A DNA stretch of 64,000 nucleotides from Candidatus Eiseniibacteriota bacterium. Its GTDB lineage: Bacteria > Eisenbacteria > RBG-16-71-46 > CAIMUX01 > VGJL01. The notes under the pieces are model-generated. The model worked only from the letters and a program-made list of their open reading frames with translations. It ran no database searches and had not been told where the DNA came from. Positions 59,366 to 64,000 of the stretch are shown piece by piece; positions within the stretch are counted from its first letter, which is position 1, and each line of letters starts with the position of its first letter. Made by a program: the position numbers and the translations under genes. The stretch spans positions 736,001 to 800,000 of the forward strand of contig CAWBWI010000003.1 in the NCBI GenBank assembly GCA_963792585.1, read 5' to 3'.

Positions 59366-59599
59366 ACCGGGCGAGCGGAGGGTGTTTGCCGTAGCGAGCT
59401 GCGCGCCCGCGAGCGCGGTCCAGGAACGTGGCGCCGCAGGCGACACGTTCCGATAGCGCGCGAGCCAGCGCCGAGCGGAGGCAAGCACCCGTAGGCGATG
59501 CCCGGTCGACCGAGTGTGGCGCCGCAGGCGACACGTTCCGATAGCGCGCGAGCCAGCGCCGAGCGCAGGCAAGCACGCGCAGGCGAGGCCCGATCGACC
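59366..59599 (-). repeat. Palindromic REP/MITE-like repeat, copy 2 plus partial tandem copy
   Basis: 59366-59505 is the inverted match to 52189-52327, and 59516-59599 repeats about 59428-59511. Confidence 0.85.
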
Positions 59600-59646
59600 G
59601 GCAGGAGAGAAGGAGTGAAGGTGAGGACGCGCGACCCTCGAGCGGC

Positions 59647-60495
59647 CTACGGCACCCCGGCCCCGGGATCGCTCTGCGCGTCGGCCATCTCGCGCACGCG
59701 GATCCGCAGGAAGGGGATCGACGACTCGCGCTTCACCGGGTCGGGCAGCGGGACGCCGTCGATCGAGGCGACGGGCGCGAGCCCGATGCGACTGCTCGTG
59801 ATGAAAACCTCGGCCGTCCCGCGCACCTCATCCGGCGCGACCGGCCGCTCGGCCACCACGTAGCCCAGGTCCCTCGCCGCCAGCAGGACCGCCTCGCGCA
59901 CCACGCCGGGAAACGCCCCCTCCTCGAGCGACGGCGTCACCACAACGCCCTCGTGGACGAAAAACAGGTTGGCCGTCGCCGCGCCCACCACCCGCCCGAA
60001 CGTGTTGAGCACGAACGACTCGTCGGCGCCCGCGCGGCGCGCCTCGGCGCGCGCCGTCAACGGCTCCAGATAGCTCAGCGTCTTGTGCCGCACCAGCGGC
60101 GAGCGCTCGTTGCGCGGAAACGAGCAGGTCTTGAGACGGAATCCCTGGGTCATCGGTCGCGGGTCGAAGCCGATGAACGGCTCGGGGACGATCAGGACCA
60201 CCGCCGGATTCTTGTCCCCCGCGCGTGCCGCCACCAGGCGCAGGATCAGGTCGGGATCCCCGCTGGCCGTGACGACCTGGCGCAGGGCGGCGCACGTCTG
60301 CCGCTCGTCCCACGGGAAGGGAATGTCGAGCGCCACGGCGGATTGGACCAGCCGCAAGACGTGGGCGCGGGCGAATTCGATCTTCCCCTCGCGAACGCGC
60401 ATCGTCTCGAAGACGCCGTCCCCCCGGAGAAAGCCGTGGGTCAGGAGCGACGTGGAGGCGTCGTCGAGCAGGCGGCCGTTTACGGAGACCTTCAT
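59647..60495 (-). CDS. PLP-dependent aminotransferase class IV (IlvE/PabC-like)
   Basis: RGDGVFETMR, H..RL..SA, HKTLSY, ANLFF, PGVVR and EVFITSS. Confidence 0.9.
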   Translation of the reverse strand: MKVSVNGRLLDDASTSLLTHGFLRGDGVFETMRVREGKIEFARAHVLRLVQSAVALDIPFPWDERQTCAALRQVVTASGDPDLILRLVAARAGDKNPAVVLIVPEPFIGFDPRPMTQGFRLKTCSFPRNERSPLVRHKTLSYLEPLTARAEARRAGADESFVLNTFGRVVGAATANLFFVHEGVVVTPSLEEGAFPGVVREAVLLAARDLGYVVAERPVAPDEVRGTAEVFITSSRIGLAPVASIDGVPLPDPVKRESSIPFLRIRVREMADAQSDPGAGVP

Positions 60496-60502
60496 CGCCG
60501 TT

Positions 60503-61189
60503 TCACCTCTTATCGACGGTGGTGATGTTGGTGGTTCGGTCGCTCGGCATGTGGTTCCGGTCCCCCGCCTTGCCCACGTACGTCTTGCTCGCCGCGTAGA
60601 GGTGCGAGAAGAGGTGCGGGATCTCGCGCTTCGTGACCCAGTTGACGATGAAGCCGGGGATCCACTTCACGCCCGGGTCGGTGTAGACGCAGTACGTGAC
60701 ACGGGACAACGTGTCGGATGCCTCATCGACCGACCAGTACCCGCGGATCTCCCGCACGTTCCCGTAACCGTGGATCTGGTCGAAGTGCATCGTCCGGTTC
60801 GAATGATCGTTGATGACCCGAAGTCTGTACGTCCTATCGGCATAGACGGGGACACCGAGTTCATACCGCGAGATCAACGTGTCGCCGTTCTCGTACTCAC
60901 GCACGATCTTGTTCAGGCCGGGCCAATCGCGGTCCTTCTCGTTCGCCATCGCCTTCCAGATCGCCTCGCCGGGAAGACGAAGCCGGCCCTTCGCGATCAG
61001 ATGCCGCAGACCGGGCCGGTCGGTTCCCTCGATGTGGAGGCTATCGACGACCCAGCCGTGCTCTGCCAACGTTTCATTCGCGTCCCGGGCGTCGTCCTGC
61101 TCGTCGGCGCGCGCTACGATCGGGCGCAGCAGAAGAATGCCGAGCAAGGCCACAGCGAGCGTCAGACGCTGGATCCATGTTCGGTTCAT
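60503..61189 (-). CDS. Secreted SRPBCC/START-like domain protein
   Basis: Signal peptide ending ARA; P..ADR.Y, G.W.V and TDPG..WIP.FIVN. Confidence 0.7.
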   Translation of the reverse strand: MNRTWIQRLTLAVALLGILLLRPIVARADEQDDARDANETLAEHGWVVDSLHIEGTDRPGLRHLIAKGRLRLPGEAIWKAMANEKDRDWPGLNKIVREYENGDTLISRYELGVPVYADRTYRLRVINDHSNRTMHFDQIHGYGNVREIRGYWSVDEASDTLSRVTYCVYTDPGVKWIPGFIVNWVTKREIPHLFSHLYAASKTYVGKAGDRNHMPSDRTTNITTVDKR

Positions 61190-61317
61190 CAGAAGCCACT
61201 CCGTTCCTATGTTCGGTTGGGTGGATTTCCCACCTTCCATTGGTTTCGGATCCTGCTCCTCCATGGGGGAGGCTCAAATAGTAACGTTTAACCGTACCAC
61301 GACCCTCCCGAATCCGG

Positions 61318-62445
61318 CTACGGCACGGGGCCGACCATCCGGAACGCGCGGAGGTGATCGGCCAACATATTGGCCGCCAATCGGTTCCCGGAGACGCTCC
61401 AGTGCGTGTCGTTGGGGATATAGGAGCGCTCGCCCCCTTGCCGCGCTTCCCGGAAGCCGGGAAGGAGATCGAGCATGTCGATCCCGCGCGTTCCGCTGAA
61501 AACACCCAGCCGCCGCTGCGGTCCATCGAAGTCGTAATCGGCGGGATCGAGGTGAAGTCCCTCGAGAACTCCGTTTCGGATCTCCGGGTCCACCTGGAGT
61601 TCGGAGGGGATCAAGAGCAGCGTCCAGGGAACCTCCGCCTGTCGGCAGGTCTGATCGAAGGCCTCCAGGAGCTGCTCGGCCTGGGCCCAGAGTTCTTCCA
61701 TCCGCGGGGAGGGATCGCGCGCGTAGACGGGCAACCGGTTCTTCTCGACCACGCGGTAATAGGTCGAGGGCTTGCCCGGCGGCGCGGCCGATCCCGCGAC
61801 GCGCTTCAGGTTCGCGATCCTCACCTTCGTCACGAAGACACGCTCGCCGAGGGCGAAGAGCTGCGAGCGACGCAGGAGGTCGGTCCAGCGGCTCGCGGAG
61901 CCGGTGAAGTAGACCCCGCCGCCGCGCACCGCGCCGTGCATCGGGATACCGGTGATGTCGTTGCCAATATAGAAACAGAGGACCACCCGGTCGGGGTCGA
62001 CGGCGAGGCCGGCTGTCCGGAGCACGCCGAGGTACTCCGACGGTCCGTAGCCGCCGAGGCCCATCATCGCGACATCCGCGCCGAGTTCGCGCCCCGCGAC
62101 GCGGAGGAAGTTGTCCTCGATTCTCACGGCGCCCAGGACGAACGAGTCGCCGATGCCCACGATCCGTTCGGTCCCATCGGGCCTGGGAACCGGGTGTTCG
62201 CGGTCTCGGAAACCGAAGGCGTTGACGCGGTCCTCCGGGTCGCGATCGTCCTCCCAGAAGGGGCCGGGACGGAGGCGATAGCCGGTCGCGGGGTCTCGCA
62301 GGTAGCGGGAGCGCGGCGGATCGGGCGTGAGGGCGAAGTAGAGCCGGACGACTCCCTCGCTGATCAGAAGGGCCGCGACCAACCCGATCAGGATCACGGG
62401 AATGTCGCGTCGCGGGTCGAATCGGCCCTTCGCGCGTGCAACCAT
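61318..62445 (-). CDS. Membrane-anchored SGNH hydrolase / AlgX-AlgJ-like acetyltransferase
   Basis: N..GFRD, IGDSF, GND and DTHW...GN. Confidence 0.85.
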   Translation of the reverse strand: MVARAKGRFDPRRDIPVILIGLVAALLISEGVVRLYFALTPDPPRSRYLRDPATGYRLRPGPFWEDDRDPEDRVNAFGFRDREHPVPRPDGTERIVGIGDSFVLGAVRIEDNFLRVAGRELGADVAMMGLGGYGPSEYLGVLRTAGLAVDPDRVVLCFYIGNDITGIPMHGAVRGGGVYFTGSASRWTDLLRRSQLFALGERVFVTKVRIANLKRVAGSAAPPGKPSTYYRVVEKNRLPVYARDPSPRMEELWAQAEQLLEAFDQTCRQAEVPWTLLLIPSELQVDPEIRNGVLEGLHLDPADYDFDGPQRRLGVFSGTRGIDMLDLLPGFREARQGGERSYIPNDTHWSVSGNRLAANMLADHLRAFRMVGPVP

Positions 62446-62582
62446 GGGGACCAAGATAGCACCCCGGCCTTGCTCCGTTCGAAATGCGCCGCGTATCCTC
62501 GCCGGGGCTTGGATCCCGAACGAAATCCGGGCGGTAGTGTAGGGTCCCAACCCCAAGCAGGGAAATCGTCCGAAGGAGGTGC

Positions 62583-63830
62583 ATGAAGTCTCGATCCGGT
62601 CCCGCCCGTCGATTCCTGATCGTCTATGCCCAGTCGAGCTTCTGGAGCATGGGGGATGGGATCGGCGCGGGCTCGTTCTGGCGCACGCCGCGCGCGCTGG
62701 CCGACCGCGGGCACGAGGTCCACATCGTGCTCCCCGCGCCGCCCGGGCAGCCGGGAAGCGTGGAAGAGCGCGAGGGGGTGCGTCTCCACCTGTACCCGTC
62801 GAAGACCGACTTCGTCCTGCCGATGGCAATCCTGCCGGTGCGGCTGGCCATGCGGGCCTGGATCTACTCCGCCTATCAGCGGATCGGGACACGAAGCGCG
62901 CTCGAGGTCGCCGGCGAGGTCCGCCCGGAGATCGTCCTGGCCTTCGGCACCTTCGAGGCGCCGGTCGCCCGCAAGGTCGCCCGCGCGCTCGGGGTTCCCA
63001 ACGTGACGCGCCTCTTCGGCAACTCGCTCTCGCTCACCCTGGGCGACCCGCTCCGCTTTCACCTGAACTTCCCGGAGGTGCTGGCCTTCCGTACGCCGTG
63101 CGCCCGCCTGATCCTGACCAACGACGGCGCGGACGGCGAAGCGGTCGCGCGCCGTTGCGGAGTCCCGCCCGAGCGCTTCGTCCACCTGCGCAATGCCCTC
63201 GACTTCGAGACGTTCACGCCGGGGCCTGCCGATCCCGAGATCTTTCGGAAGCTCGATCTGCCGGAGACGGCGCCGCTCTTGATGACGGTGACCCGGCTCG
63301 CCTACGAGAAGAAGCTCGAGCGGTTGATCGAGGCGATGCCCGCGCTGCTCGCCCGTGCGCCGCAGGCGGTCGCGGTCCTCGTCGGCGAAGGGCCGGAGCG
63401 CGCGCACCTGGAAGCGCGCGCCCGCGAGCGGGGCGTCGCGCACGCGGTCAGGATGCCCGGCGCCGTCGCCAATCGCGATCTCCCCGCCTGGTATCGTTCG
63501 GCGGCGATCGTCCTATCGCTTCTCGACCGCACGAACGCCAGCAATCCGGTCTTCGAGGGGATGGCGTGCGAGCGCTGCGTCGTCGCGCTCGATGCGGGGA
63601 CGACGCGCGAACTGGTGCTTGACGACCGTACCGGCGTGCTCGTCGCGCAGGACGATCTGCAGGGACTGGGCGGGACCCTGGCCGATCTCGTGCTCGATCC
63701 CGAGCGGCGGATCCGGCTCGGAAAGGCGGCGCGCACGCACGTCCGCACGCTCCTGCTCGATCCGCCCGCCAGGATGGATCAGGAGATCGCGATCCTCCTT
63801 CAAGTGATCGAGGAAGGGAATCGAGGATGA
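62583..63830 (+). CDS. Glycosyltransferase family 4
   Basis: LADRGHEV, RLAYEK, VGEGPER and SNPVFEGMA; AAGGAGG RBS. Confidence 0.88.
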   Translation: MKSRSGPARRFLIVYAQSSFWSMGDGIGAGSFWRTPRALADRGHEVHIVLPAPPGQPGSVEEREGVRLHLYPSKTDFVLPMAILPVRLAMRAWIYSAYQRIGTRSALEVAGEVRPEIVLAFGTFEAPVARKVARALGVPNVTRLFGNSLSLTLGDPLRFHLNFPEVLAFRTPCARLILTNDGADGEAVARRCGVPPERFVHLRNALDFETFTPGPADPEIFRKLDLPETAPLLMTVTRLAYEKKLERLIEAMPALLARAPQAVAVLVGEGPERAHLEARARERGVAHAVRMPGAVANRDLPAWYRSAAIVLSLLDRTNASNPVFEGMACERCVVALDAGTTRELVLDDRTGVLVAQDDLQGLGGTLADLVLDPERRIRLGKAARTHVRTLLLDPPARMDQEIAILLQVIEEGNRG

Positions 63831-64000
63831 GGGACGCGCGGCCGGCGGCCGCCCACCTCGTGAGCCCGTACCTGTTCGTCACGGGCTCCTGGATCCACGC
63901 GCAGCTTCTGCACAATCCCCGGTACCGGTCGATCGTGATGACACAGGCGACCGAAAACCTGGACGTCTTTCCGTTCGAGCCGGTCTATGACTTCGGGCGC
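63827..64000 (+). CDS. Probable glycosyltransferase, N-terminal fragment (truncated by window edge)
   Basis: ATGA overlap; MRDARPAAAHLVSPYLFVTGSWIHAQL... resembles the start of GT4 proteins. Confidence 0.55.
   Translation, partial: MRDARPAAAHLVSPYLFVTGSWIHAQLLHNPRYRSIVMTQATENLDVFPFEPVYDFGR

Noticed and set aside
59157..59576. 139-aa ORF as an intact gene
   Set aside because: Most of it is translated palindromic repeat; only the last ~40 codons look protein-like.
59366..59599. Tandem repeats as a CRISPR array or integron attC sites
   Set aside because: The units are too long, lack unique spacers, and no cas or integron integrase gene is present.

Overview
This is a GC-rich bacterial chromosome segment with about 55 supportable CDS. 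No rRNA, tRNA or CRISPR array was seen. A PorV/PorQ-family protein, secreted proteins with FlgD-Ig/T9SS-like tails and a kinase-TolB-TPR protein suggest an FCB-related lineage such as Candidatus Eisenbacteria (inference only). From left to right: a surface-polysaccharide locus (1-7.4 kb); a 1401-aa FN3-repeat secreted protein; tandem D,D-carboxypeptidases; a tandem-domain ThyX; peroxiredoxin and RRM genes; a DUF222-like/HNH protein; peptidase and hydrolase genes; a LOG-thiD-thiE-thiL-porV-dppA-M28 operon; metE; two Hsp20 genes; a Ser/Thr kinase; a stand-alone IrrE-type protease; an accessory region (52.2-59.6 kb); and the start of a second glycosyltransferase locus. The accessory region is bracketed by inverted copies of a ~140-bp palindromic repeat and holds the most interesting element. 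There a sigma70 promoter precedes a 124-aa secreted peptide precursor and a TPR-sensor sigma54 activator. A consensus -24/-12 promoter then precedes a 77-aa six-cysteine secreted peptide and a secreted partner protein. This layout suggests a peptide-sensing sigma54 signalling circuit.
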